Assembly (NCBI GenBank): GCA_038232055.1
Contig: JBBSIN010000005.1
Span: 1-62,968, forward strand
DNA from: Mycobacteriales bacterium
GTDB lineage: Bacteria > Actinomycetota > Actinomycetes > JADGOV01
DNA length: 62,968 nucleotides
Direction: 5' to 3'
How positions within the stretch are numbered: position 1 is the first letter of the stretch; every line of letters starts with the position of its first letter. Shown here piece after piece: positions 28,043 to 37,320 of this stretch. The notes under the pieces were generated by a model, which did not search any database, was not told the DNA's origin, and saw only the letters and a list, made by a program, of their open reading frames with translations. The position numbers were made by a program, and so were the translations under genes.

Positions 28043-29338
28043 ATGAGCGCGAAGGACGCCCTGGACGAGGTCGTCGACCTCTGCCGCGACCTCATCCGCA
28101 TCGACACCACCAACCCGACCAGCGACGAGCGAAAGGCCGCGGAGTACGTCGCCGAGAAGCGTGCCGAGGTGGGACTCGAACCCCAGTTCCTCGAGTCGGC
28201 ACCAGGACGGGCCAACGTCGTCGCCCGGGTCGAGGGCGACGACCCCAGCCGCGGCCCCCTGCTGATCCACGGCCACCTCGACGTCGTGCCCGCGGACGCC
28301 GCCGACTGGCAGGTCGACCCGTTCTCCGGCGAGGTCCGTGACGGCTGCCTCTGGGGCCGGGGCGCGGTCGACATGAAAGACATGGACGCGATGACGCTCG
28401 CCGTCGTCCGTCAACGGATGCGCGAGGGCCGCAAGCCACCCCGCGACGTCGTACTCGCCTTTCTGGCCGACGAAGAGGCCGGCGGCAAGTACGGCGCCGG
28501 CTGGCTGGTGCAGAACCACCCGGATCTCTTCTCGGATTGCACCGAGGCGATCAGCGAGGTCGGCGGTTTCAGCTACACCGTCAACGACGACCTCCGGCTG
28601 TACCTCGTCGAGACCGCCCAGAAGGGCATGGCGTGGATGCGGCTCACGGCCCGGGGCCGGGCCGGGCACGGCAGCATGGTCAACGACGACAACGCGGTGA
28701 CCGCGCTCTGCGAGGCAGTAGCCCGGGTCGGGCGGCACACGTTCCCGGTCCAGCTCACCAGGACGGTTCGTGCCTTTCTGGAGGAGATCAGCGAGGCCCT
28801 CGGCATCGACCTCGACCCCGACGATCCTGAGGCGGCGGTGCAGCGGCTCGGACCCATCGCCCGCATGGTGGGGGCGACACTGCGCCACACAGCCAACCCG
28901 ACCCAGCTCGACGCCGGCTACAAGGTGAACGTCATCCCCGGGGCGGCGACGGCGTACGTCGACGGGCGCTTTCTGCCCGGGCACGAAGCGGACTTCGAGG
29001 CGGCGCTGGACGACATCCTCGGCCCGGACATCGTCCGGGAGTACGTCAACTACGACATCGCGCTCGAGACCGACTTCGACGGAGCGTTGGTGGATGCGAT
29101 GGCTGCTGCGCTGAAGGCCGAGGACGAGGGTGCCCGGACGATCCCGTACATGCTCTCCGGCGGCACCGACGCGAAGTCCTTCTCAACGCTCGGCATCCGC
29201 TGCTTCGGCTTCTCCCCGCTGCGGCTGCCGGGCGACCTCGACTTCACCGCGATGTTCCACGGCGTCGATGAGCGGGTGCCGCTCAACTCGCTCCGGTTCG
29301 GCGTCCGGGTATTGGACCGTTTTCTCGACGGGTGCTGA
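28043..29338 (+). CDS. M20/M25/M40 family metallopeptidase
   Basis: [37 protein letters not shown]. Confidence 0.93.
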   Translation: MSAKDALDEVVDLCRDLIRIDTTNPTSDERKAAEYVAEKRAEVGLEPQFLESAPGRANVVARVEGDDPSRGPLLIHGHLDVVPADAADWQVDPFSGEVRDGCLWGRGAVDMKDMDAMTLAVVRQRMREGRKPPRDVVLAFLADEEAGGKYGAGWLVQNHPDLFSDCTEAISEVGGFSYTVNDDLRLYLVETAQKGMAWMRLTARGRAGHGSMVNDDNAVTALCEAVARVGRHTFPVQLTRTVRAFLEEISEALGIDLDPDDPEAAVQRLGPIARMVGATLRHTANPTQLDAGYKVNVIPGAATAYVDGRFLPGHEADFEAALDDILGPDIVREYVNYDIALETDFDGALVDAMAAALKAEDEGARTIPYMLSGGTDAKSFSTLGIRCFGFSPLRLPGDLDFTAMFHGVDERVPLNSLRFGVRVLDRFLDGC

Positions 29339-29358
29339 CCCGGCGCCGCTAGGCTAGT

Positions 29359-29414
29359 AGCCCACAGCCCACAGCCCACAGCCCACAGCCCACAGCCCAC
29401 AGCCCACAGCGCAC
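29359..29414. repeat. Heptanucleotide tandem repeat (AGCCCAC)x7 plus 1 imperfect unit
   Basis: Perfect units 29359-29407, then AGCGCAC. The minus strand reads (GTGGGCT)n. Confidence 0.95.
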
Positions 29415-29504
29415 CGGACAACGGCGAACTCGGCCAGGCCGGCAAGGACCGACGTATCCGCAGGCGAATGCGACGGTAGGCGAGCGTCTATGAAGAACGA
29501 CGCG

Positions 29505-30215
29505 TCAGAGGACGCCCAGCGCATCGCCGGCGGCCCGAACCAGCTCAGCGTCCTCGCTGAGCACGAGCAGCGCATGCGGCTGCCGAGCGCACAGCACGGT
29601 TACCCCATCGCTGTGGAGAAGCCAGGGCCCGTCCCGGCCGGCGAGCAGGCGTGCTCCCCGTGCGGTGGGGAACGGCTCCGCGCTGCGGTAGACGACGAGT
29701 CGTAAACCGGCGGGGTCACGGTAGACGTAAGCACTGACCGCCATGCGCTCGAGTTCGCCGGCCCCCGCCGCGACCAGCGACAGGTGCAGCGCGGACAGGT
29801 CGGGGAGGGTGTTCGCCGGTACGCCGCTGCCGGGCAGCCGGTGCTGCTGGTAACCCGCGACTGCGGCGACGATCGCTGGAGGTTGCGCGGCCGGCCGTCG
29901 GATGACCGCCACCACGGCGACCGCGGCTAGCACCACCACAGCCAGCCCGAGCGCGCCGGTGGCGAGCAGCGACGGCCAGCGTCGACGCAGCTCGGGCTGC
30001 TCGGCGGTGAGCGCTGACCGGACCCGGTCACGCAACGCGGGTGTGGCCAGCTCGCGGCCACGCTCGGCGACCGCCCGCCCGGCCCGACCGGCCTGCACCT
30101 CGCGCCAGCACGAGTCGCAGGCGAGCAGGTGCGCCTCGAACGACTGCCGAGGACGGGGCCGCAGCGTGCCGGCGAGAAAGGCCGCCGCCATCCGCTCAGG
30201 GTCGAGTTTCGCCAT
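29505..30215 (-). CDS. Zinc-binding (zf-HC2/ZAS) membrane anti-sigma factor
   Basis: FEAHLLACDSCW (HxxxCxxC), TM helix, extracytoplasmic domain. Overlaps the sigma stop. Confidence 0.88.
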   Translation of the reverse strand: MAKLDPERMAAAFLAGTLRPRPRQSFEAHLLACDSCWREVQAGRAGRAVAERGRELATPALRDRVRSALTAEQPELRRRWPSLLATGALGLAVVVLAAVAVVAVIRRPAAQPPAIVAAVAGYQQHRLPGSGVPANTLPDLSALHLSLVAAGAGELERMAVSAYVYRDPAGLRLVVYRSAEPFPTARGARLLAGRDGPWLLHSDGVTVLCARQPHALLVLSEDAELVRAAGDALGVL

Positions 30216-30675
30216 CCCCCACCCTCTGTCCGATCAACCCGGCCAGCGCCTTGCGCCCACGGTGCACCCGGGCGAGCACGGTGCCGCGGGGGACCCTGGT
30301 GATGCCGGCCACCTCGGAGGCGGTGAACCCGCAGAGGTCCATCAGGGTGACGGCTTCCCGCTGGGGTACCGGCAGCCGCCACAGCGCGTCGTGCACGAGA
30401 CCGGCGTCCACCCGGGCGAGCGCCTCGTCCGCGGTGTCTGCCGCGGCCATCACCCGGGCGACCTGTCCCTCGTCGGGCATCTCCACTGGGCGGGTCGAGC
30501 GGCGCCGATGCTCTGAGCGCCAGGCGTTCAGACATATGGTCGCCAACCAGGCAGCGGTCCGCTCCGGCGTCCGCCGCCGCCAGCCCTGCAGAGCGCGGAG
30601 ATAGGTGTCCTGGATCAGGTCCTCGGCCGCCTCGGGCGACGGGGCAAGCCTGGACGAAGTCCTCGTCGGGCACAA
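30196..30675 (-). CDS. ECF sigma-70 factor, N-terminus apparently truncated or frameshifted
   Basis: AEDLIQDTYLRA, AWLATICLNAW (region 2); LPVPQREAVTL...EVA...GTVLARVHRGR (region 4). No recognisable first helix of region 2. Confidence 0.8.
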   Translation of the reverse strand: MCPTRTSSRLAPSPEAAEDLIQDTYLRALQGWRRRTPERTAAWLATICLNAWRSEHRRRSTRPVEMPDEGQVARVMAAADTADEALARVDAGLVHDALWRLPVPQREAVTLMDLCGFTASEVAGITRVPRGTVLARVHRGRKALAGLIGQRVGDGETRP

Positions 30676-30714
30676 TCCCAGCCTCCGCGGTCGACAGCCG
30701 ATCCGGCCCAGCCG

Positions 30715-31221
30715 CTAGCCCTCCTTGATCGCCAACACCGGCTCCCGACCGCGGATGCCGCTGCTGAAGAAGGCGACCGACAGCAGGAGGCCGAAGGCTA
30801 GGTGCACGAGCAGCTCGAACGGCCGATTCGCCATCTTGAACTGGGTGAGCACCAGCGGCGTCACGACCAGGAAGTTCACAACGTACAGGACAAGCCCGTA
30901 CGCCGTCCCCGCCAACGCAACCGTCCCGTTGGTCCGAAACGCCGGCGCTACCAGCCCGAAGATGGCGCCGTAGATCGCCGAAAGCAGAAGGTGAACGACC
31001 ATCCCGAGAGCCGGGCTGGCCGAGCCGTCGGCGAGGGCACCCTTGCCGAGCGCGATCGACGAGATCAGCTTGAGCGGGGCGTTCGCCGGGTTGCCCAGCG
31101 ACGTGACGAACCACATGGTGACCGCGATGAAGAACACACCCGCGACGACGCCACCGATCACCCCTCTGATCAGCCGTGAGGCCAGTGTGTCAGAACCGCC
31201 GTGGCTGACCGCGGAATCCAT
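30715..31221 (-). CDS. 4-TM hypothetical membrane protein upstream of ECF sigma
   Basis: ATG at 31221 with GAAGGGG RBS. LIRGVIGGVVAGV...VVHLLLSAIYG...LVHLAFG. Confidence 0.8.
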   Translation of the reverse strand: MDSAVSHGGSDTLASRLIRGVIGGVVAGVFFIAVTMWFVTSLGNPANAPLKLISSIALGKGALADGSASPALGMVVHLLLSAIYGAIFGLVAPAFRTNGTVALAGTAYGLVLYVVNFLVVTPLVLTQFKMANRPFELLVHLAFGLLLSVAFFSSGIRGREPVLAIKEG

Positions 31222-31436
31222 CGGCAGACCCCTTCGTCTTCCGGGACGGGGTCCGGACACCCGATCCCACTGACATCTAGGACGCGCACACCGGACCGTT
31301 GATTGCGCCGGCCCCCGACCGCCGGGTCGTTGCGGTCCACGTTCTCGTCCCGCCCGCGGCGTGCGGAACCGTCGCCGCGGGACTAAACCTGAGCCCACGG
31401 AGTCGGGCCTTGCGCGAGTGCTAGACCTGTCTAATG

Positions 31437-31652
31437 CTAGGCGGAGTGCCCCGCCCCGACCGGCTCCGGCCGCCACCGCACGATCTTGCGCCGCAGCAGC
31501 GCGCGTCGGCTTCCGTCGGGGAGGAGCCGCAGCCGGTCGAGCTCCCAGTGCCCGTACTCGGCGGAGTCGGTCAGCACCCGTAGCGCGGCGTTGCGCGACG
31601 TACCGCGCGGCAGGAAGAGCCGCCGGTACTCGTACTCGGTCGTCCCCGTCAT
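31437..31652 (-). CDS. DUF5703 family small actinobacterial protein
   Basis: EYEYRRLFLPRGTSR...LTDSAEYGHWELDRLRL. Confidence 0.85.
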   Translation of the reverse strand: MTGTTEYEYRRLFLPRGTSRNAALRVLTDSAEYGHWELDRLRLLPDGSRRALLRRKIVRWRPEPVGAGHSA

Positions 31653-31671
31653 GTCGCCCTTCATTGTGCGG

Positions 31672-33534
31672 CTATTCGGGCGCTCCCGACAGCAGGCGGC
31701 GCAACCGCGTGCGCCGGGGCCGGGCGCCGACCTCGCGGACGGCGCGGGGAAGGGCAGCACCCGCGGCGGGTACGACGGAGAGGTGCCGCTGCGCTCGGGT
31801 CAGCGCGGTATAGATGAGCGGGCGGCTGAGCAGGCCGCCGCCCTCGGGCGGGAAGACCGCCACGACGGCGGGCCACTCCGACCCCTGCGCCCGGTGCACC
31901 GTGATCGCCCAGCCATGTCGGAGGTCGCGCGCGTAGCGGACCGGCACGGTCGCCGGACCCGCGGCGAACTGGACGACGAGCCCCTTGTCGCCGATCTCCG
32001 TGACGACCCCCACCTCGCCGTTGGCGAAGCCGTCGTCGAGATGGTTGGCGGTAGCGACGACCCGGTCGCCGACGTCGAAGCCGCCAACCACGCCGGCACC
32101 GGGGTTGAGCGTGGCCTTCAGCGCGGCGTTGAGCGCGAGCGTGCCGGCCGGTCCCCGGTGCACCGGCGTCACGACCTGGACGTCGTCGGGAGCGATACCC
32201 AGCGCGCGCGGGATCGAGTCGGTGACCAGCTGGACCGTACGGCGGGCCGCGGTCGCCGAGTCGGCCGCCGGTACGACGACGACCTCGCGATCGGGGGACT
32301 CGACGGAGGGCAGCTCGCCGCCGCGGACGGCGATGGCCAGCCGGGCGATCGCCCCGCCCTCGGCCTGCCGGTGCAGCGTCGTCAGCTCCACGGTGGGCAG
32401 TGCACCCGAGTCGAGGATGTCGCCGAGCACCCGACCGGCACCGATCGACGGCAACTGAGCCGGGTCGCCGACCAACAGGAGATGGGTCCCGTCGTCGCAC
32501 GCCTCCACGAGGGCTGCCGCCAGCTCCACGTCGAGCATCGACGCCTCGTCGACGACCACGACGTCGGCGTCGAGGGGCCAGGACTCCCCGCGGGCGAACT
32601 CGCCGGTGGTGCCCTGCGCGCCGAGGAGGCGGTGCAGCGTGACCGCCGGGAACTCGGTGAGCTCCTCGAGCCGCTTCGCCGCCCGCCCGGTCGGGGCCGC
32701 GAGTGCCACTCGCCGGCCATGCGCCTCGGCCAGCGCTACGACCGCTGCCACCGTCCGGCTCTTGCCAGTGCCCGGGCCGCCGGTGAGAACGCTCACGCCG
32801 TGGGCGGCCACGTTGCGCACTGCCGCCGCCTGCGCGTCGTCCAGCCCGCCGCTTCCCCCACCCACGTCGTCCGGCTGGCACAGCGGCTCGGCCACGCCCA
32901 GCAGCCGGGTGAGGCCCTCGGCCAGCGCGTCCTCCGCCATCGCGTAGCGGGCGAGGGCCACCAGCCCGTCGTCGTCGAAGCGCAGCAGCCGGCCCTCGGG
33001 CAGGGCCGCCTCGATCGCCGCGCCGGGGTCGGGTACGAACAAACCAGCCAGCACCGAGTGCAGGCTGCTTTCCGGCAGCGCGGTGTGCCCGTCGCGCGCG
33101 GCCCGGGCCAGTGCGTACTCGGCGAGGGCCGCGCCACGGCGAGGGTCGTCCCTGGTGGGGCGCTCGAGCAGGGTCGCGGCCAGGGCGTCGCCCTGCTCCG
33201 GGCGGGCCTCGGACACCTCCAAGAGCCGCCAGGGATCGAGCCGTAGTCGCCGGGCGGCCCCGTCACCCAGCGCGGCGACCGCTGCGCCGGCCAGCCGCAC
33301 GGGGATGCCGGCGCCGACGAGAACCTCCGCGACGTCGTACGCCGGAAGCGCGTCGGCGAAGGCCTTGACCAGCCGTTCCGACCGCTTCGGGCCGACGTCG
33401 GGCAACGCCGCGAGCCGCTCGGCGGTGACGTCGTCCGGCCCGGAGATACCCGCGGCCGCCAACGCGGCGGCGAGCGTGCTACCGACACCGGGCCACAACC
33501 CCGCGGCGCAGAACGCGGGAAAGACCTCCGACAC
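31672..33534 (-). CDS. RecD/RecD2-like SF1B helicase with N-terminal HhH
   Basis: GGPGTGKS, APTGRAAKRL, VDEASM, GDPAQLPS, WAITVHRAQGSE. TACGCT lies 7 nt before the GTG. Confidence 0.9.
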   Translation of the reverse strand: MSEVFPAFCAAGLWPGVGSTLAAALAAAGISGPDDVTAERLAALPDVGPKRSERLVKAFADALPAYDVAEVLVGAGIPVRLAGAAVAALGDGAARRLRLDPWRLLEVSEARPEQGDALAATLLERPTRDDPRRGAALAEYALARAARDGHTALPESSLHSVLAGLFVPDPGAAIEAALPEGRLLRFDDDGLVALARYAMAEDALAEGLTRLLGVAEPLCQPDDVGGGSGGLDDAQAAAVRNVAAHGVSVLTGGPGTGKSRTVAAVVALAEAHGRRVALAAPTGRAAKRLEELTEFPAVTLHRLLGAQGTTGEFARGESWPLDADVVVVDEASMLDVELAAALVEACDDGTHLLLVGDPAQLPSIGAGRVLGDILDSGALPTVELTTLHRQAEGGAIARLAIAVRGGELPSVESPDREVVVVPAADSATAARRTVQLVTDSIPRALGIAPDDVQVVTPVHRGPAGTLALNAALKATLNPGAGVVGGFDVGDRVVATANHLDDGFANGEVGVVTEIGDKGLVVQFAAGPATVPVRYARDLRHGWAITVHRAQGSEWPAVVAVFPPEGGGLLSRPLIYTALTRAQRHLSVVPAAGAALPRAVREVGARPRRTRLRRLLSGAPE

Positions 33535-33594
33535 CCCGGCGAGCGTAGGGGACCGGGCCGTTGAGCGGCGCTCGGCGTCCACAGCCGGCCGACC

Positions 33595-34587
33595 TCAGCG
33601 GCGGGCCCAGGGCATCCGCTCGGGGTAGCCCATCTCCGGCGCGGAGACGTCGTCGAGGGCGGCGGTGATCTCTGCCGGCAGCGTGACCTTCTCGGTCTCG
33701 AGCGAGCCGCGCAGTTGCGCCGACGTACGGGCGCCGACGACGGGCGCGACGACGCCGGGCCGGTCCCGAACCCACGCCAGCGCCACCGCCAGCGGCGACA
33801 CGCCGAGCCCCTCGGCGGCGGTGCACACCGCGTCGACGATCCGGGCCGACCGCTCGTCGAGGTAGGGCTCGACGAAGCCCTTGTACGACGACGAGGCGGC
33901 CCGCGAGTCCGACGGCGGCAGCTTGCGGTACTTGCCGGTCAGCACGCCACGTCCGAGTGGTGACCACGGCAGGATGCCAACGCCGGCGTCGAGTGCCGCC
34001 GGCACGACCTCCCGCTCCACGCCGCGGGCGAGCAGGGAGTACTCGACCTGCGTCGAGACGATTCGGGCGCGGCCCGGCCACGCGGCCTGCCACGTCGCCG
34101 CCTTGGCCGTCTGCCATCCCGAAAAGTTCGACACGCCGACGTAGCGCACCCGGCCGGACGCGACGGCGGTGTCGAACGCGGCGAGCGTCTCCTCCAGCGG
34201 CGTCGCGTCGTCCCATGTGTGCAGCTGCCACAGGTCGACGTACGACGTCCCGAGCCGCTCGAGTGAGGCATCGAGCGCGGCGAGCAGGTGCGCGCGCGAG
34301 CCGCCGCGGTCGAGTGGACCGGGGCCGGTAGGAGACCCGGCCTTCGTCGCCAGGACGAGCGCACTACGCGGTACGACGCCCCGAGGTGCAACCAGGCGCC
34401 CGATGACGCGCTCGCTCTCGCCGTCGGCGTAGCGGTTGGCCGTGTCGAGGATGTTGCCGCCGGCGTCCACGAAGGCCTTGAGCTGCCGACCGGCATCCTC
34501 CGGGTCGGTGTCCCGTCCCCAGGTCATGGTGCCCAGCGCGATCCGCGAGACGACGAGGCCGCTGCGGCCGAGGTGGCGCTGTTCCAT
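33595..34587 (-). CDS. Aldo/keto reductase
   Basis: MEQRHLGRSGL, LDTANRY, SLERLGTSYVDLWQLH, YVGVSN, QVEYSLL, PWSPLGRG. Confidence 0.93.
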   Translation of the reverse strand: MEQRHLGRSGLVVSRIALGTMTWGRDTDPEDAGRQLKAFVDAGGNILDTANRYADGESERVIGRLVAPRGVVPRSALVLATKAGSPTGPGPLDRGGSRAHLLAALDASLERLGTSYVDLWQLHTWDDATPLEETLAAFDTAVASGRVRYVGVSNFSGWQTAKAATWQAAWPGRARIVSTQVEYSLLARGVEREVVPAALDAGVGILPWSPLGRGVLTGKYRKLPPSDSRAASSSYKGFVEPYLDERSARIVDAVCTAAEGLGVSPLAVALAWVRDRPGVVAPVVGARTSAQLRGSLETEKVTLPAEITAALDDVSAPEMGYPERMPWARR

Positions 34588-34649
34588 TGACGGAAGGCTA
34601 ACGCGCGCGCCGCTACGCTCGCGGGAATCCGGCCCGGGAAAGGACGCAG

Positions 34650-35699
34650 ATGCGGCTTGGAGTGAATCTCGGCTATCGGGGTGCGGGAACCGACTCGGAC
34701 CCGCTCGTCGTTGCCCGGGAGGCCGACCGGCTCGGCTTCTCGGTCGTGTGGGCGGCGGAGGCGTACGGCGTCGACGCCGCGACCGTGCTCGCCTGGGTGG
34801 CCGCCCGTACCGAGCGCATCGACGTCGGGTCGGCGGTGTTCCAGATTCCCGCCCGGTCGCCCGCGATGACCGCGATGACCGCGGCCACCCTCGACGCGCT
34901 CTCCGGCGGCCGTTTCCGGTTGGGCCTCGGCGTCTCCGGCCCGCAGGTCTCGGAGGGGTGGCACGGCGTGCGCTTCGCGGAGCCGCTCCGCCGGACCAGG
35001 GAGTACGTCGGAATCGTCCGGCGCGCACTGGACCGCCAGCGGGTGGAGTACGCCGGCCGGCACTACACGCTGCCGCTGCCCGACGGGCCGGGCAAGGCCC
35101 TGCGGCTGACCGTGCCTCCCGTGCGCGACCGGATCCCGCTCTATCTCGCGGCGGTCGGCCCACGCAGCCTCGAACTGGCCGGCGAGATCGCCGACGGCTG
35201 GCTAGCGATCTTCTTCGCGCCCAACTTCTCGGCTGAGCAGCTGGCGTCGGTCGGCACCGGTCGCGACCGGGCGGGAAAGGGTATGGCCGACTTCGACGTC
35301 GTCGCCAGTGTGCAGCTCAGCGTTGGGGACGACGTCGCGGCCTGCGCCGACCGGCTGCGTGGCCATGTCGCGCTCTACGTCGGCGGCATGGGCAGCCGCG
35401 AGCAGAACTTCTACAACGGGCTGGCCAGGCGGATGGGCTACGACGCCGCCGCCCGGGAGGTGCAGGACCGCTACCTCGCCCGCGACCACAGCGGCGCGAT
35501 GGCCGCCGTACCGCACGAGTTCATCGACCGGACGTCGCTTCTCGGCCCGAAGGAGCGCATCGCCGAACGGATGCGCGAGTTCGCCAAGGCGGGCGTGACG
35601 ACGCTGTCGGTATCGGTCGCCGGAAAGTCCGCCGACGAGAAGGTCGCGGCGATCCGGACGGCCGCGGAGGCGCTCGACCTGGCCGGGGGCGGCGCGTGA
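34650..35699 (+). CDS. LLM-class F420-dependent oxidoreductase (TIGR03559-like)
   Basis: WAAEAYGVD, QIPARSPAMTAMTAATLD, LGLGVSGPQVSEGWHG. Confidence 0.92.
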   Translation: MRLGVNLGYRGAGTDSDPLVVAREADRLGFSVVWAAEAYGVDAATVLAWVAARTERIDVGSAVFQIPARSPAMTAMTAATLDALSGGRFRLGLGVSGPQVSEGWHGVRFAEPLRRTREYVGIVRRALDRQRVEYAGRHYTLPLPDGPGKALRLTVPPVRDRIPLYLAAVGPRSLELAGEIADGWLAIFFAPNFSAEQLASVGTGRDRAGKGMADFDVVASVQLSVGDDVAACADRLRGHVALYVGGMGSREQNFYNGLARRMGYDAAAREVQDRYLARDHSGAMAAVPHEFIDRTSLLGPKERIAERMREFAKAGVTTLSVSVAGKSADEKVAAIRTAAEALDLAGGGA

Positions 35700-36526
35700 A
35701 CGTCCTGCAGGCCGCCGTGCTCGGCGTCGTCGAGGGGCTCACCGAGTTCGTCCCGGTCTCCAGCACCGGCCATCTCACGGTCGTCGAGAAGCTTCTCGGG
35801 CTGAAGGTCGACGACACCAGCATCACCGGCTTCACCGCGGTCATCCAGATCGGCGCCATCGCGGCTGTCCTGCTCTACTTCCGGATGGAGCTGACCCGGC
35901 TCGTCGTCGCCGGGCTGCGCGGCCTGAGGTCGGCCGACGTGCGCCGGGACGACCCGGACTTCCGCCTCGCCTGGTACGTCGTCGCGGGCTCGATCCCGAT
36001 CGGAATCGTCGGGTTCCTCGGGAAGGGGGTCATCGAGGGGCCGCTGCGCAACCTCTGGGTGGTCGCGGCGGCTCTGATCGTCTGGAGCGCGGCCATGGTG
36101 TACGCCGAGCGGGTCGCCTCGCAGCGCCGCCACGAGAGCGACCTGCGGCTGCGCGACGTCGTCGGGATCGGGCTGTGGCAGTGCCTGGCTCTGGTGCCCG
36201 GGGTGTCGCGCTCGGGCGCAACGATCAGCGCGGGCCTCATCCGCGGCATCGACCGGGTGACCGCGACGCGGCTCTCGTTCTTCCTCGGCATCCCGGCGCT
36301 CGTCGCCGCCGGCCTGTTCACCCTCAAGGACGCGCTCGCCGGCAGTGTCGGCGCGGTGCCCACCCTCGTGGGCATCGTGGTGTCGTTCGTCGTGGCGTAC
36401 GCGTCGATCGCGTGGCTGCTGCGCTTCGTCGCCCACCATCCGATCACCCTCTTCGTCTACTACCGGGTCCTCGCCGGGATCGTGGTCATCGGATTGCTGA
36501 TCTTCGGCGTTGTCGCGGCGACGTGA
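35696..36526 (+). CDS. uppP: Undecaprenyl-diphosphate phosphatase
   Basis: VEGLTEFVPVSSTGH, IQIGAI, PGVSRSGATI. Confidence 0.95.
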   Translation: MNVLQAAVLGVVEGLTEFVPVSSTGHLTVVEKLLGLKVDDTSITGFTAVIQIGAIAAVLLYFRMELTRLVVAGLRGLRSADVRRDDPDFRLAWYVVAGSIPIGIVGFLGKGVIEGPLRNLWVVAAALIVWSAAMVYAERVASQRRHESDLRLRDVVGIGLWQCLALVPGVSRSGATISAGLIRGIDRVTATRLSFFLGIPALVAAGLFTLKDALAGSVGAVPTLVGIVVSFVVAYASIAWLLRFVAHHPITLFVYYRVLAGIVVIGLLIFGVVAAT

Positions 36527-37239
36527 GCACGGTCCTGTTCGTCCGGCACGGTCTCACCACGATGACCGGGCCCGTTCTCGCCGGCTGGACACCGGAGGTG
36601 CATCTCGACGAGCGGGGGCGCGAGCAAGCCCGCACTCTCGGGGAGCGGCTGGCGCCGGTGCCGCTCGCCGCCGTCGTTGCCAGCCCGCTCGAGCGCTGTC
36701 AGGAGACCGCGACCGCGCTGGTGGCCGGTCGCGACGGACCCGCCGTCGAGACGGATGACCGGGTCGGTGAGTGCCGCTACGGCGACTGGACCGGCCAGGA
36801 GCTGAAGAAGCTGGCCAAGGACCCGCTTTGGCAGGTCGTGCAGGCGCATCCCAGCGCCGCGTCGTTTCCCGGCGGCGAGGCGCTGCGCGACATCCAGGTC
36901 CGCGCCGTCGATGCCGTCCGCGACTGGAACGAGCGTCTCGGGCCCGAGTCGACGTACGCCGTCGTCAGCCACGGCGACGTCATCAAGGCGGTGCTTGCCG
37001 ACGCGCTCGGGCTACACCTCGATCTCTTCCAGCGCATCGTCGTCGACCCCTGCTCGGTCAGCGTGGTGCGCTACACCTCGCTGCGTCCCTTCGTCGTCCG
37101 GATGAACGACACTGGCGGGACGGTCGCCGACCTGCTGCCGCCGAAACGGAAGGGCCGGCGACGCCGTGGTGCCGGATCGGGCGCCGGGGGCGCCCGGGGC
37201 GCCGACTCCGACGCCCCGGTCGGCGGGGGAGCCGGCTAA
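36523..37239 (+). CDS. Histidine phosphatase (MSMEG_4193-like putative phosphomutase)
   Basis: FVRHG, SPLERCQET, ECRYGDWTG, VSHGDVIK. Confidence 0.9.
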   Translation: MSTVLFVRHGLTTMTGPVLAGWTPEVHLDERGREQARTLGERLAPVPLAAVVASPLERCQETATALVAGRDGPAVETDDRVGECRYGDWTGQELKKLAKDPLWQVVQAHPSAASFPGGEALRDIQVRAVDAVRDWNERLGPESTYAVVSHGDVIKAVLADALGLHLDLFQRIVVDPCSVSVVRYTSLRPFVVRMNDTGGTVADLLPPKRKGRRRRGAGSGAGGARGADSDAPVGGGAG

Positions 37240-37240
37240 C

Positions 37241-37320
37241 GATCTCCTTCGCTCGGCCCGTGGCGGTTAGTTGATCTCCACGTGGCGCTGCCGGCAACAA
37301 CAGCCAGGGCGAAGGAGATC
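37241..37320 (+). repeat. 80-bp GATC-bounded palindromic element, copy 4
   Basis: GATCTCCTTCGC 37241-37252 (1 nt after the stop); internal GATCTCC at offset 33; GCGAAGGAGATC 37309-37320. Confidence 0.9.

Noticed and set aside
29354-29575. Cys/Trp-rich ORF (AVGCGLW repeats)
   Set aside because: Simply the translation of the heptamer microsatellite; no coding signals.
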